Positions 14,256-28,790 of a stretch of 64,000 bases of DNA are shown here, one piece after another. Numbering within the stretch: position 1 is the first letter of the stretch; each line of letters opens with the position of its first letter. A program made the position numbers and the translations under genes. A model generated the notes under the pieces. The model saw nothing but the letters and a program-made list of their open reading frames with translations. It was not told the DNA's origin and did not search any database. Source of the stretch: Octopus sinensis (Eukaryota); the NCBI RefSeq assembly GCF_006345805.1, contig NC_043010.1, positions 22,010,001 through 22,074,000 on the forward strand, written 5' to 3'.

Positions 14256-15159
14256 AGAAAGACAGGAAAAGATGAGTATCAATCTGAACAGAAATTTCTT
14301 CCTGGACGATCTGAAGTTACAAATCCCAAAATATGAATAATTTACACAAAAGAACCTTGGATTGTCCTATACAATGGCGGGATGGCCATTATAAATATTC
14401 TTCACAGATTGTAAATTTAGGGAAACAATAAACCATTATAGCGCCAAGTCAAATACTGGTTTGATTACTTCTTCGATATCTGAGGAGGGTTCCTCCAGCT
14501 ACTTAAGTATAGATTAAATTATTTCCCATGAAAGAACTTCGAAGAAGGTACGCGTAATCAGCGAATATATTGTTGTTTGCATGTATTAAATTTCTGGTGC
14601 GTAATATGTTTGCTGTACTTCTCAATACTAACACCAACATTTTATGTGTTTCATGGGATGATAGCAGGGATAAGACCTTCAGAATTAAAACTCCAAAAGT
14701 ATACTCTTCTTTAGAGTCGCGCTTCTAATCTATCATTTACTGCAAAACCGGATATTGAATTCCCACGAGCAATCCCGTAACAACCAGGTCAGGTCGAGTA
14801 CTAAGAAGGCCATTGCTTGATGGTTTCACACCAGACTTCTAGCGCAGTGGAGAAGACAGTTGTAAAGGCATTTCTAATCCATCATTTACTGCGGTCCTGT
14901 ACTTCCTGCTTTCATTCAATACTGAATCGCTTCTTTCTACGATATATAAATTTCCTAACTCATGTCGGCATCTTCTTAGGATTGAATAAAACCCTCTTCA
15001 GCGTGTAGATAAAACCTCTACCAACAGATATTTCTATATCAATGGTGATAGTAACTAAGACGCGAAATGCTTCACACATTATTACACAGAACATGTATTC
15101 TAGTTACAGACGGTGTATAAAAACTAATTGTTTATTTTTACAATTTAGAAAGTTACTCA

Positions 15160-15530
15160 CGCGCGCGCGTGCACACACATACACGCATACAAAAAAACAC
15201 ACATATACACACATACACACAGACACACACACACACAGATACAACACATACACACATACGCATACATACACCCATAACACACATGTATGCAACAACACAA
15301 TACATACACGCACAAAACACACACAACACACACATTCACACACAACACACACACACATACATCACATACACACAGAACATACTAACACACATACACACTA
15401 CACAAACACAACACACACATACAAACTCACACAGCAACACATAAACAAACATACATAGACACACAGGCGCACGCACGGACACGCACAGACACACACATGC
15501 AAAAGCACACATACTAACATATATGTAGAA
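15160..15530. repeat. degenerate (CA)n microsatellite block
   Basis: Directly visible. Confidence 0.9.
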
Positions 15531-16564
15531 CAAAACTAAAGTAAAGAACGGAAGTCATTTAATGGCTCCATCTTACGCACATTTCATTAACATAAGATGA
15601 TTGTAGCTAAAAAATACAAACTGCATAATTGCAAAATCAAGACTCGGTGGGCTCATCGAATCCTCAGAGACCTGGGTGTCTTTTACGTAACAACGCTTCA
15701 CTGGAAGGCCGTTGACAGAAATCACTATCGTGACCATCACTCCAGTCCTTCACGCACACACATACACACGCACACATACACACACACACATTTTGTATTT
15801 GATATAAAATGAGAGTGAAATTTATGGCTATCATGTATTTACAATCTCCAATGAATTGTATGTTTACCAACCAGTAAAGGTGGACATTTTTCCGAGTTGG
15901 GAAATCAGCTGTTAGAAAGAGTTGTTGAATCTCGCCCGCACCGTACCTTACTCTCTTAAGAAAATTAATGGCCATTCACTTATTTTATATAGTCTTAAAT
16001 AATGTACTAGCATATTAAACAGACGTAGGCAACCATGACTTTGCTCCTATGTCTGATCTATCACAGATGACCTTTGTCTAAACATCAACCACAACAACAA
16101 CGCCAACAGCAACAGCACTTACGTTTCATCTTAATCACTAATTAATATTAATGTGACTACCATATTTTATGCGTAAATACGAACTGACAAAAATCTATAA
16201 AAATGTCAGAAAATGATAATGAAAAGTTAAAACCCTAATCCATTAGTAAAGTTGTTTTTGTGGCTGTGTTTTAAATATTTTTTATTTATTTGTCTGTTTT
16301 GTACTAAAGATTTATTAGGTGAAGCAAGTTAGTCCTAGATGTTTAAATCAAATTTTACTTTCTTCCTTCAAACCAATTCCAGTGTTCACCAGTTAAATTA
16401 GTCAAAATTTCAAAAGCCATGTTTATTCTCAAATCTCTCTCTCTCTCTCTCTTTCGATTTAAACATGAATCATCCTTTTACGATAAAGTGAATTTAGAAA
16501 TCAATCGACTTGTAACCGACCAGAAATGCATGCAGCGATTCAATTAACATATCTTTATGCACTA

Positions 16565-16699
16565 TCTTCCAACACAGCTTTATATCATCATCATCAACAC
16601 CATCATCATCACCACCACCAAAGAGAACAAAAATACCTCCACCAGCACCACAACTACCATCATCATCATCATCATCACCACCACCACTACAACCACCAA

Positions 16700-16734
<35 letters not shown>

Positions 16735-16777
16735 TCAACATCGTCCTTGTCATCATCACCGTCATCGCCACGATTAC

Positions 16778-16846
<69 letters not shown>

Positions 16847-16880
16847 CATTATTATTTTTATTATCCTTATCATCATGCCA
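16565..16880. repeat. compound (CAT)n/(CAC)n/(TAT)n microsatellite
   Basis: Directly visible. Confidence 0.95.
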
Positions 16881-16979
16881 TTTGCTAACGGTGTGTAGCA
16901 ACCTCGAGTTTATCCTCTATATCGCTTAAATAAGTGTCTGACTTCAAGAAGTTTGACACACAAATGCGTAACATATCAA

Positions 16980-18206
16980 CTATATGTAGCTATACAATTA
17001 TGCATGTATGTATACACACACACAAACACACACACATATATATATATATATAATACGAGCATACTTATATAAATATATACATACATATATACATATGTAT
17101 ACATGTGTGTGTATATATATATATATATATATAAATATACATACACACACACACACATATACATATATATATTTATATATATATACACGTACGTATGTAT
17201 ATGCTTGCATTTTTCTGTAAGTGCTTGTGTGTATGCGAATGTGTATATATATATATACATTCACATACACACACACACACACATATATACATATATTCAC
17301 ATACATATATATATACATACATATATACGCACATAAACAGACACAAACATTCACATACACACACACACATATATATACATATGTACCTATGTGTGTATGG
17401 GCACCTTTTTATGTTTGTGAATTTAGAGTATATATGCGTGTACAGGTAGAACTTATTTCACTCTTTCTCTCTCTCTCCATATATATATATATATATACGG
17501 CTGTGGTGCGTATGTGTATGTGTGCATAGCAAACGAAATGAATCGATGGAATAATATAAACGAAAGCTTCTATCAAATCATTTCCTCCAGACATGGTTCC
17601 GATAGAAAAATAATTGATAAATGGATTTTGTGTGATGTCGCTGATGTCTTAAATATATTTCGTGACACTCATCGCTCCAAGTTGGTTTGTGCCATTTAGA
17701 GAGGAAACCAGATGACGAGGCGATTTGCACTATCTTCTGAAATTAGCTATAAACTAGGAAATCGGTTTAGATTCGAAAAACTCTGGTAATAAAAAGCTAA
17801 AACCAGAGATCTTGGAAATGGTTTACTTACTGTACACTACATATAGGTACATATAGGTGTAAGCATATATATGTATGCATATATAAATATGTATACATAT
17901 ACCTACGTATATATATGTGTGTGTGTGAGTGAATATATATGTGTGTATATATAATATATATACATATAAATATATATATTCCTATGTATGTATATATATA
18001 TATGTGTGTGTGTGTGTGCGTACATATATGTGTTTGTGTGTGCGCGCATGTCATCTAGCTATAGTGAAGTAACTTTAGTCGCAGCCCATAAAACTGTGTG
18101 TGATGCAATATATTTTTGAAACTATTTCGATTACATAAAAAGCGTTTTCAGGTTCGACTTTCTGGTTCTCTTCATACTTATGTGTTTGTGTGTGCCTGTG
18201 TATACA

Positions 18207-18247
<41 letters not shown>

Positions 18248-18260
18248 CATATACATATAT

Positions 18261-18295
<35 letters not shown>

Positions 18296-18630
18296 AAATG
18301 TATAAATATGTATATATATATGTATATATATATATGTATATATATGTATATATATATGTATATATGTATATATGTAGTTATATATGCATATGCATATATA
18401 TATGTATATACATATATGTGTATATATATAATATATACATATACATATATTATATATATATATATATATTATATATATATATATATATAATATATATATA
18501 TATACAAAGAGAGAGAAAGTGATAAAGAGAGAAAGAGAGAAATATATGTACATTCGTACATACATATAAACATTATACCTAGATATGTACAGAGACATAT
18601 ATATTGGTACATTATACTTTAACATCACGT
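16980..18630. repeat. (TA)n/(CA)n/(TACA)n microsatellite field with short unique spacers
   Basis: Directly visible. Confidence 0.9.
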
Positions 18631-19069
18631 TTACTATCAGTCTGCAATTAAAAAAAAAAATAGAGTTTTCCGTGCAAGGAAATATACTTTGATAATATAA
18701 ATCTCAACCATCGAAATCGCTTTCTCCTTTGCACTTTTTTCTTATTTTCAACAATGCATCCAACTAACCACCTGTAGATTGATGTGTCCAACTATTTTTA
18801 GCATCAGTTTTAGTATGTAGAGGGTGAGATTTTTGTTACCCTACTTATCATCGGCATATAAGATGCACTCTTGCACAAGACAAACCTCAACTTTTTTGTT
18901 GGAAAAGAAGACTTTTGTGCAAAGAAGAGTATAATTTGTAGAAAAAACAAATTTAATATACTCATACACGGTCTGCCATCCGTGATAAGCTTGCATGAGA
19001 CGCATTGCAAAGAATAAGAAAACGCGTCTTATACAGTAAATTAAAATATATATAATGTGAAGTATATAT

Positions 19070-19320
19070 TTCCACTTAAATGGGGCTAACCACTAAGGGT
19101 GGATGCTGCTGTAGCTTGTAGCCCCAGGAGGACACCTCCTCCTGCTGGCTATTGACACACTTTCTGTGCCCTATCAGTATTTGCAAAGGGAAGCCATCCT
19201 CCCCATCGTCGACGTGACGTGATACGCACGGACCCGGGTTTCTGAGTATTTACCCGTAGTCAGCGCACGACAATCAACGGTCTTCGATGCGAAGGGGTCC
19301 CAATGTAAATACATACATCC
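19070..19320. mobile_element. GC-richer interspersed-repeat-like segment, possibly a retroposon end with a (TACA)n tail
   Basis: Sharp GC-rich island ending ...CCCAATGTAAATACATACAT, with a structured 5' portion. No coding homology recognised. Confidence 0.3.
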
Positions 19321-19879
19321 TTTTTCCAGTTTACACGTCTTCTAAAGTAAATATAATTTCTTAAGAATAATACATTTCAAGTAAAACGATACTATGGCCA
19401 TCCACGTTAAATAATCACATTCGACTGACGGTCTGCTTTCGTTTTATAATTGGATCACTGACATAATTTTGCAGTTTTTTGGCTTGAGAACTCGTGTATT
19501 TACTTGTAAACCCGTCTCCAAAAATTTTAAACTACATTTATTCTGTAGTACGAGCTACTAATTCCTCACGACTCTCTACTTAGTCCAAAATAACGTCTAA
19601 AATCGTTATAGACAACGGATTCTTCTGTTCATTGAGCTTGTCAATGTATCTGTTCCTGTGAAGTTTCCTTGCAAGTAGCAAGATAAGGTTTTCTTTTTAA
19701 TTTTAGTTTCTGGCAGAGTGAACGATGTTTTCTAACGGAAGAACAAATGGTGACACATTTTGTCATTTGTAATATCTCGGTGATTCCAGAAAGTAAAGTA
19801 TAGAATAAAATACCAAAAGTCTCTCTCTTTGAAACCCTTACAATTCCACGTATTCACTCGGCTAGAATTACATTTTTAA

Positions 19880-20550
19880 AGGTACATTTGACCTCGACCG
19901 GACTTCAACTTAGAACGTAATGAGCCTGAACAAGTATAGAAAGAGATTTCACTCGACATTTTAATTATAGCAAAATATTTGTTTCAAGTTTTGGTACATG
20001 GCCAGCAAATTCCGTGGAGGGGATAATCTGATTACATCAACTCCAGTACAAATGTGGTACCTATTTTATCGATCTCTAAATAATGAAAGGCAAAGTCGAC
20101 CTCGGCGGAATTTGAACGTAAAGTAGTGTGAAATGCAGCTAAGCATTTAGCGTGGTGTGCTAACGATTGTGCCAACACGCCGCCTTAGTGAAGATCATTT
20201 ATGCTAAAGACACAAGGCCAGAAGTTTAAGAGGATGGGGAAGGTGAATTACACCGACCCCAGAGCATGACTGGTGCTTTATTCTACTGACCTCGAAAAAA
20301 GTGAAATGCAAAGCATTTTGTCCGACATGCTAACGGTTCTGCCAGCTCACCGTCTTAATGATAAACATGTCTGCTATAAGCATAAGGCATGAAATTTAGG
20401 AGCGGGGTACTGGTATTTAATTTATCGACCCCGGAGGATGAAAGGCAAATTCGGCCTCAGCGGAATTTAAACTCAGAACGTAAAGACGGATGAAATGCCA
20501 ATTAGCATTTCGCCCGGCGTTCTAACGAGTCTCCCAGCTCGTCGCCTTAA
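19880..20550 (-). mobile_element. head-to-tail cluster of 3-4 family A SINEs
   Basis: Reverse-complement heads end at about 20187 (CGCCGCCTTAG), 20357 (CACCGTCTTAA) and 20549 (CGTCGCCTTAA). Central domains such as GAAAGGCAAAGTCGACCTCGGCGGAATTTGAAC are present, with some copies internally deleted. Confidence 0.85.
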
Positions 20551-20829
20551 TGATAATAAAAATATTCTGAGCAAAATCGAGAAGAATTTATTTCAGAGAA
20601 TGATATACTCGTCAGGGGCTGAAACCGTACGGTAAAGAGTAATCACAGCCGCCAGTTTCCAGCCCTCTACGACCGCTGCCGGCATGCATGTATACAATTA
20701 TATGTGCGTTGGCAGCAGCAACAGAGATATTTAGCCCTTATTTCTAGCAGTGTTCTAGTAATGTAACTGTTCTGTTTTGGTGAAACTCTGCTAACTAGCT
20801 GTCTCATTCAATTATATGTATATATGTTA

Positions 20830-20985
20830 GGTCGACTACGTCGACCCCAATGCTCAAGCGGTACTTATTATATGAACCCCAAAAGGATGACGAGCAAAAT
20901 CGGCTTCGGAGGCACTTGAACTCGGAACATAAAGATGGACGAAATGCTGCTATCACTGCAATCAATTCCGCCGGATCGTTGCCTT
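20830..20985 (-). mobile_element. family A SINE (diverged)
   Basis: GTCGACTACGTCGACCCCAATG..GGTACTTATT..CCCCAAAAGGATGA..TTGAACTCGGAAC. Confidence 0.7.
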
Positions 20986-21503
20986 CATATGTGTATATAT
21001 TACTTCAAGTGACAAATGCCTATGCTGAACATGTATATAGAAAAGAAAAATGATGTTGTAATATTCATAATGTCTTAAGAGAAAAAAAAAACTAATGTAA
21101 ACAGTGAATGATTCCAGCGTAGATTCGAAACCCCACTGCAGGTTCAGTAGGAAGAATGCATACCTTTCCCCCATCGTAATGTGATTTCAAATTCGCATTA
21201 ACGAGAAGAGGAGATTTTCAATCATCGCGTAACCTCCCACTTCTTCTCTCTGCCAATCTTTCACACCCTCTCCTACGCCTTCACTCTCTCTCTCTCTCCT
21301 TCTCTCCCTCTTTCCTTCTCTGTCTTTCCTTCTCACTCTCCTTCATTCTCTGTCTTTCTGCATATATTTCTACTCCCAAAACTTATTCCCTCTAACGCTC
21401 TCTCCAGTTATTCTCCAGTTACTTTTCATCGGTCTTTTCTCCATTCTTCAACAATATTTCTCATACACGCAAAGGACACCATTACAGATCAGGCTTTAAG
21501 ATG

Positions 21504-21552
<49 letters not shown>

Positions 21553-21801
21553 GTATGTTTGTATGTAAGTACGTATGCATGTATGTATGTATGTATGCAT
21601 ATATGTATGTGCATATATATGTGTTTGTATATGTATGTATGCATGTATGTATGTATATATTGATGTATATGTGTATGTACATGTATACATATGTATGCCT
21701 ATATGTGCATATATATATATACACATACATATATACATACATTTATATAATTACATACGTAGATTAAAATACATATCCAAATAGATACTACACCTAACCC
21801 C

Positions 21802-21833
<32 letters not shown>

Positions 21834-22049
21834 GTGTATGTGTATTACACAAACACACACACATATATTCATACATATACTTATGTATGTTCGTGTATGC
21901 CTGTGTGTGTGAGTGTGTCTGTTTATACATATACATATATAAATGTAGATATATATATATATATATTATAAATTAGGGTATCTACGAGATACCAACGGCG
22001 GGAATTAATATATGTACATACATATATATAATATATATATATATATATG

Positions 22050-22103
<54 letters not shown>

Positions 22104-22725
22104 TGTATGTATGTATGTATGTATGTATGTATGTGTATAGACTTCTATACATTCATATATTCATGAATGTTATTACGCAGGAAACTCCACAGACATCAAA
22201 CTTATTGTCTTAACAAGCGTCTGTTTATTTCGTAGCAAAATCGTTTCCAGTTTGCACTTCGCTTGTCTCACAAACATTATTCCACAGTGCTAACAGTAGA
22301 GTTTTTCAAGGCTTGCACATGCAACATGCAGCAATTTATGAATTAAGTCGCCGCTAGTTTGCACTCCTGCTGGAGATAAGCCAGTCGCAATTATTCGACT
22401 CGCGCAAATATCGCCAATATGCTACAACCAAAATCATATTCCAAACAACGTTCCGTTATTGTGATCAGAACGCGTAGTTCGTGAGTTTCTGTGAATATTT
22501 CTGTCACATCGTTTTGGTTTTTGTTATTATATTATGTGTGAACATTAAAGCTGACTTGTGTTATGTTTTCGTTCAAGTAAGAAGTGCTTTGTTATTTTGT
22601 TTTGTTCTTTCATTTGTCAGTCTTTTTTCTTTCATTTTTGTCCTTTACATCACACAAATACGCTCTTATATGTCTGCACGCATGCACACATCCATATTCA
22701 CGCATGTATGTAAATATATATATAT

Positions 22726-22805
<80 letters not shown>

Positions 22806-23331
22806 ATATAATATATATATATATATGTATATATATATACATACATATATATATATGTATTTATCTACAGGTAAATACATATTGGCAATATATTATATAT
22901 ATATATATACATACATATATATATGTATTTATCTACAAGTAAATACATATAGGCAATACATGTATATATGTATATATGATTTTATGTATTTGTGCATGTA
23001 TGTATACGCATAATTGCATGTATGTTTATATGTATATATATATAATATATGTGTGCATAGATTTGTATATCTATATCTATATCTATCAATGTATATGTAT
23101 GCATGTATGTATGTGTGCATGTATATGTATATGTATGTAAATATATGTGTGAATCTGTGTGCAATCGTATTTCATTGAAGCCAAGGAAAAATTGCTGAGC
23201 ATACCACGTAATCTATTTCAATTCTATTATATGTAGGAAAGAGAGAGTGGGGGAAAGAGAAGGCAAAAGAATGCGAGAGAGAGAGAAAGAGAGAGATGTG
23301 TGTGTGTATCCATATATGCATGTTTGTACGG

Positions 23332-23420
<89 letters not shown>

Positions 23421-23460
23421 TGTAGTATGTATGTATGTATGTATGTATGTAGTATGTATG

Positions 23461-23495
<35 letters not shown>

Positions 23496-24478
23496 GTATG
23501 ATGAATACCGTTTCTTTTAAACTCGTATTGAAAACATCAGCGCAGTCTAGTTTTCTCATTTGTTTTTCTTTGTTTTTCTTTTGTCTTTTAATCTTTACGA
23601 GTTCTTTGCAGTTTCTGTGGAACAGTAAAGTTCCTATGTGTATGAAAGTTTCTAGATATTCTCGGTCTTATCGTTTGGATGAAAGATTTGATGTTGGCAT
23701 GTGTTTCGACCATTTTATAAGCAAGAGGAATGAAAATGAGGCTTTGTTAGTAGACCAATTTATTGAGAATGAAAACCACGAATCTTATTGCAACTATCTA
23801 CGTTAACATAGGAGTAACAGACACCGACGCCAGCCACCTTATCCAGAAGAAGAGACCGTGCAGTCTCTTTGTGTTTTAGTCGGAAGTTGTGTTATAGTCG
23901 GAAATAAAATGTAAAGAACTCCAACTGCAATATGAAAAATGGACAACAGGAATACATGACTGCAATATATTTGTGCTTCAATGAAAATGAAAATGCACAG
24001 ACACACACACATACCCACGTACAAAGTTATAATTTAATGAATACATGATCTACTTCAAGTTTCACTTTCGAAAGTCTTTCATCCTGAACGATTACTGGGT
24101 CGTGCACGGTTCACAATGCCATTCCGACCACAAGACTTGACGTAGCTCATGTATATTTACTCTATCCATGAAATGATATTGATCCATGAATATTATTTAA
24201 TGAACAAACACACACAGAACACACACACGTGCGCAGGCGTATCTATGACTAGATGGATAGATGGACAGACGTAGGAAAGATTGGATGGACTTGTACCTAT
24301 AAAATCTATCGTTTGTCAGAATCGTCAGTATGCCAGTTAATATTCTTTGCGTTTCCACTCTTTGCGCTCCGAGTGTAAATCCCACCGAGGTCCAGTTTGT
24401 CTTTTATACGTTCGTGATCCATAATTTAAGTAGCACTCAAGAAACATAGTTTATTCCTGCCTGTTTGTCTGCATGTCT

Positions 24479-24509
<31 letters not shown>

Positions 24510-24666
24510 GAATAAAAAAATGGAGTTAACGCAGGTGAAATCAAATATTTTTACTTTCGACACATGTTTCGAAAATTCCAAGATACTATTCAAAAATATT
24601 TGATTTACCTGGTAACTATTTATTTATTTTTTTCCGTGTTAATTGTTAACAAGGTAAAAAACACTC

Positions 24667-24706
<40 letters not shown>

Positions 24707-25222
24707 TATATATATTTCTGCCTTATCTCCTCTCTCCCTCTTAAATCAATCAATCTTTCCCTCTTTTCCTGCTAACAGTACAAATTTCAACAAGTTCTTA
24801 TATGGTTCAACAATATAATATCATTTAAAAGTACAATGATACGTCCATATAATTCATATAATGAATAACAGAAATATAATCTAAACATACGAATAAAAAT
24901 ATAGCATTATACAAAATCTGCAGGGTTGCTTTTATGCAGTATACGATGCGAGCGGGGGGAGTATTCGGGGAGCTGTTTCATCTATATGTAGTCACACTAC
25001 TTAAAGTGCTAAAATAACGGCAAATAGTAATTGTAAAGTTATGTTATACAGTTGTCATAATACTGAAGTATAAAGCCATGTTCACTGAAACAAGATGTCG
25101 ATATATTGGTACACGATGTTAGTTGTAAACTGAATTCAGAAAATGAACAGACATTAGTAAAATGACTGAGGGCTACGAAAATGAATTATGAGAGTGTGTA
25201 TATGCGCACATACAAAACACAC

Positions 25223-25259
<37 letters not shown>

Positions 25260-25340
25260 GTCTGTTGCATATATACATTCATATATGTATATGTGTGTGT
25301 GTTTCTGTATATATATGCATATATATATATATATGTGTAT

Positions 25341-25404
<64 letters not shown>

Positions 25405-25435
25405 TATAATATATATATACATATTATATATACAT

Positions 25436-25504
<69 letters not shown>

Positions 25505-27433
25505 GTCTGTTGCATATATACATTCATATATGTATATGTGTGTGTGTATGTATATATGTATATGGAAACCTGATATATTGTTAGGAATTGTGAAACGATG
25601 TCTCCGTTATTTCGATGTTCTGAGGCCAAATTCTGTACACCAATGAGATATTTATAACATATTAGTTACACTTCATTAAAAGAAACTATAGAGCTGCAAT
25701 GTCGCAAAATGTTATCCAAAATTTACTCTAAATAGAATTTCAATTTCCCTCTGTCTCTCTCTCTCTTTCTCTGTTTTGTGTCTCTCTCTATCTCCCTTTC
25801 TCACACTCTCTTTCTCTTTCCTCCTTCTCTCTCTTCCTCCTTTCCTCCTTCTCCCTTCTCTTTCTCCGCTTTCCTCGTTGCTCCATTCAATTTTGATAGA
25901 CATAGATGTAATGTACAATATTTTATTCTCTGCTAAGATATATATATATACTCATTTCTATGTAAAAATATATAACCAGCTTTTTGCATTGACCTTTTTT
26001 CCTGTCTAGACTACCATCTTTAGGCAACTGATAAACAATATACATTTAAATTATATCACTTCTTTATTCGTAATTCGTAATGTTCGAATTAAGTTTTATT
26101 TCATGTTAACTTTACTGTGTATTATAGTTTTAATGACTTTTAATCAATGAAGTTTTCGCTGGTCAATCTGAGGCGCCACTTATCTGCTGAAAGATTTCGT
26201 GACATTATCACCTGAGTTGGTTGCAATTAAATCGATATTTGCAATGTTCTAAATTACTGGTCGAATTTCATTGTGACTTAATTGGTTCAAGATTTCTGTT
26301 GGTTTATGTCACTTGCACAATACAATAAATTAATTATATTTCATAGACTCAGTCAATATACGGGTACACGAAATATGAATTTAATGATGGTGACGATGGA
26401 AACGAAGAGGAGCTTTACGAATATTCAATGTTGAATGCTTTGAATAATTGTCAAGTTAAATGTAAATCTTAATGATTACCAAAGAGGAGCAAACAACCAT
26501 ATATTATAAATAGATCTAACTAGAATTCGATGTCGTCATGTTGACCTTAATCAGGATGACGTTGGCGTGAAGTAATCCACGGTTAAGACAAATCACACAA
26601 CGCCATGGAAATAGCTGAAAAACCACCGGAAACTTCTTTCTATGATAATTACACCATCAAGAACAACGTAGAGGTTACTGAGAAAGCATCGATGTTATTC
26701 CAGCTGAAAAGAGACGATCAGTAAGGTCAGTGAAATATCGGTTAAATTCAGATCTAAGTTTCATAAATCCTGGTTGAAATGCCTAGATGAAGATATGTGT
26801 TGTAAGAGTCGAAACAGACAATGAAGCCGAGATACAACACTGATGATGTGTCCAAATATTGAATATTTAAAGCGAGGATGATTTTTTTTTCCCCGAAATA
26901 GAAAATGGGTGTCAGTATCCGAGTATTAAGGGATATTATTTAACCCGGGCAGATGAAGAACAAATTTTGGGTTAACAGAATTTGAACTCCACAAGTAAAA
27001 GACAGTAACTAAATATCGCAGGAATTACATTAGTCCTGAAAGTTCTGTAAAAACATTGATTTTCACATATCGAATGAGTGTTGGGACAAACAGGGAAATT
27101 TTGTCACTCGTAAAGAAATGATTAACACTATTAGGTGATCGTGCATTTCTTTACCTCAGCGATTCTCAAATAACACATAACAGACCATCAAAGCTTATAA
27201 GTATCTATGTTTGCACATAGTCTATATATGTATATATATTACACACACACACACACACATGTATATATATATATATATACATGTACACAGACATGCAGGA
27301 AGTAACTAGACAACATTAATTATCAAACTTTCTTATCTAAGCGTCTTAATGTTTTCAGCAGTGTAGAATTTACAATGTAATTATTATTTTACTTTCCAGG
27401 TGCCATTATATTAAATATTTGCGGAGAGTAACT

Positions 27434-27820
27434 ATGCCACGCACAAAAATTTATCAGAACAGTAAGATTTTCAAAGAGGTCGTACTGTTGCGTAATCTAA
27501 GGCTGGTCTTAACCAGCGAAAAATTGCCGAAAATATTCAAATTCCTCTTGCTACTGTTAATAGAATTATAGTGCAATTCAAAAGCCAAGGAAAAGAATCA
27601 ATATATTCCCGTCCCGGCTGACCTGGGCCCTCGAAAAGGAAGCTTCGTTGTTTGAAGAGAATTGTGGAAAATGAACCCCGTTCGAAGGCTTCTCAGATTG
27701 CAAAACAGCTAGAAGTTAGTCCAAGAACGTGTGTTGCATATCTGTATAAGCTTGGGTATTATGGACGAGCAGCTAGAAGAATATCTCTCCTTTAACCAAT
27801 TACTATCAAATACAAGATTT
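27434..27820 (+). pseudogene. decayed Tc1-family transposase, N-terminal DNA-binding region
   Basis: Frameshifted translation [93 protein letters not shown]. Two HTH motifs plus the GRxAR(K) linker. Confidence 0.8.
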
Positions 27821-27920
27821 TGAAAACTAAAGGTGTCTATTTGCTTCCTGCATGTCTGTGTATACATGTATGTGTGTATGTATGTATGTATGTATGTATG
27901 TATGTATGTATGTATGTATG

Positions 27921-28015
<95 letters not shown>

Positions 28016-28143
28016 CAGGAAGGGAGAGAGAGTGAGTTTACAATTTATAGGAAAAACACAGGGAAATAATTACAAGGTAGCTAAATGTTGCCTAAATGTC
28101 CCTGGATTTAATTCCGGGATAGTATGTCGTATGTAGTCGAAAA

Positions 28144-28474
28144 TAGAAAAATTGAATAAGGGGACGAACGTTCAGGATGCTAAACCGTTTATATCTTGAA
28201 GTCTTCTACATACGCCCATTATTTAAGAATCGTTGCACATGATCGCCTAATAATTTTGCATCATATCTTAACAATGATTGAATTTCACTGGTTATTTGTC
28301 CTGACACTCATTCGATATGCGACAATGTCTTTTATAGAACCTTTAGCACTAATGTAAAACTTCCTGCGATATTTAGTTACGGCTTTTGGAGTGCGTCCGC
28401 CGAGCATATGTGGACGGCTTCAAGATATAAATGGTTTAATACCATCCCGAGCGTTTATCTTCTTATTCAATTTT

Positions 28475-28478
<4 letters not shown>
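28144..28478. mobile_element. MITE-like element with about 75-bp imperfect terminal inverted repeats
   Basis: TAGAAAAATTGAATAAG..AACGTTCAGGATG..TAAACCGTTTATATCTTGAAG (28144-28217) pairs with CTTCAAGATATAAATGGTTTA..CATCCCGAGCGTT..CTTATTCAATTTTCCTA (28401-28478). The right end runs into (TA)n. Confidence 0.7.
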
Positions 28479-28514
<36 letters not shown>

Positions 28515-28608
28515 AATAAGGAGAAAATGGAGAGGTAATTAATAAAGTATTGTTTATTAATTATAAAATTTGACAGCATATCTGACAGCAGCTGTTTCGA
28601 TTCAGTAA

Positions 28609-28790
28609 TCTATCTATATAAAAGAGGCAAAAACTTGCACACTTTGGATTTGGTAAGGATTCAATGGCACTAGAGCTGAAAATTGGCAGGGATACTGAAT
28701 GCGTGGTGAGTATGCGACCCGCGATGATTAAAATTCGCAGGCTATAATGATGTGGTTGCTATGGCAAAAAGAGTGATTTTTAAAAATATT
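28609..28790 (+). mobile_element. Helitron 5' fragment (same family as 29211-30190)
   Basis: A|TCTATCTATATAAAAGAGGCAAAAACTTGCACAC..GGTAAGGATTCAATGGCACTAGA matches the start at 29211. No 3' CTAG end recognised. Confidence 0.65.

Noticed and set aside
18857-19036. TATAAGATGC / GCGTCTTATA inverted pair resembling pogo/Tc2 subterminal motifs
   Set aside because: Only about 10 bp with a mismatch, and no terminal TIR or TSD identified.
23500-28608. Half hammerhead-like or Penelope-like remnants (23850-23900, 24560-24580 minus, 26700-26850, 28585-28605 minus; also 57690-57730 minus)
   Set aside because: Only one half of the core (GAAAC or CTGANGA) is recognisable in each, too decayed to call.
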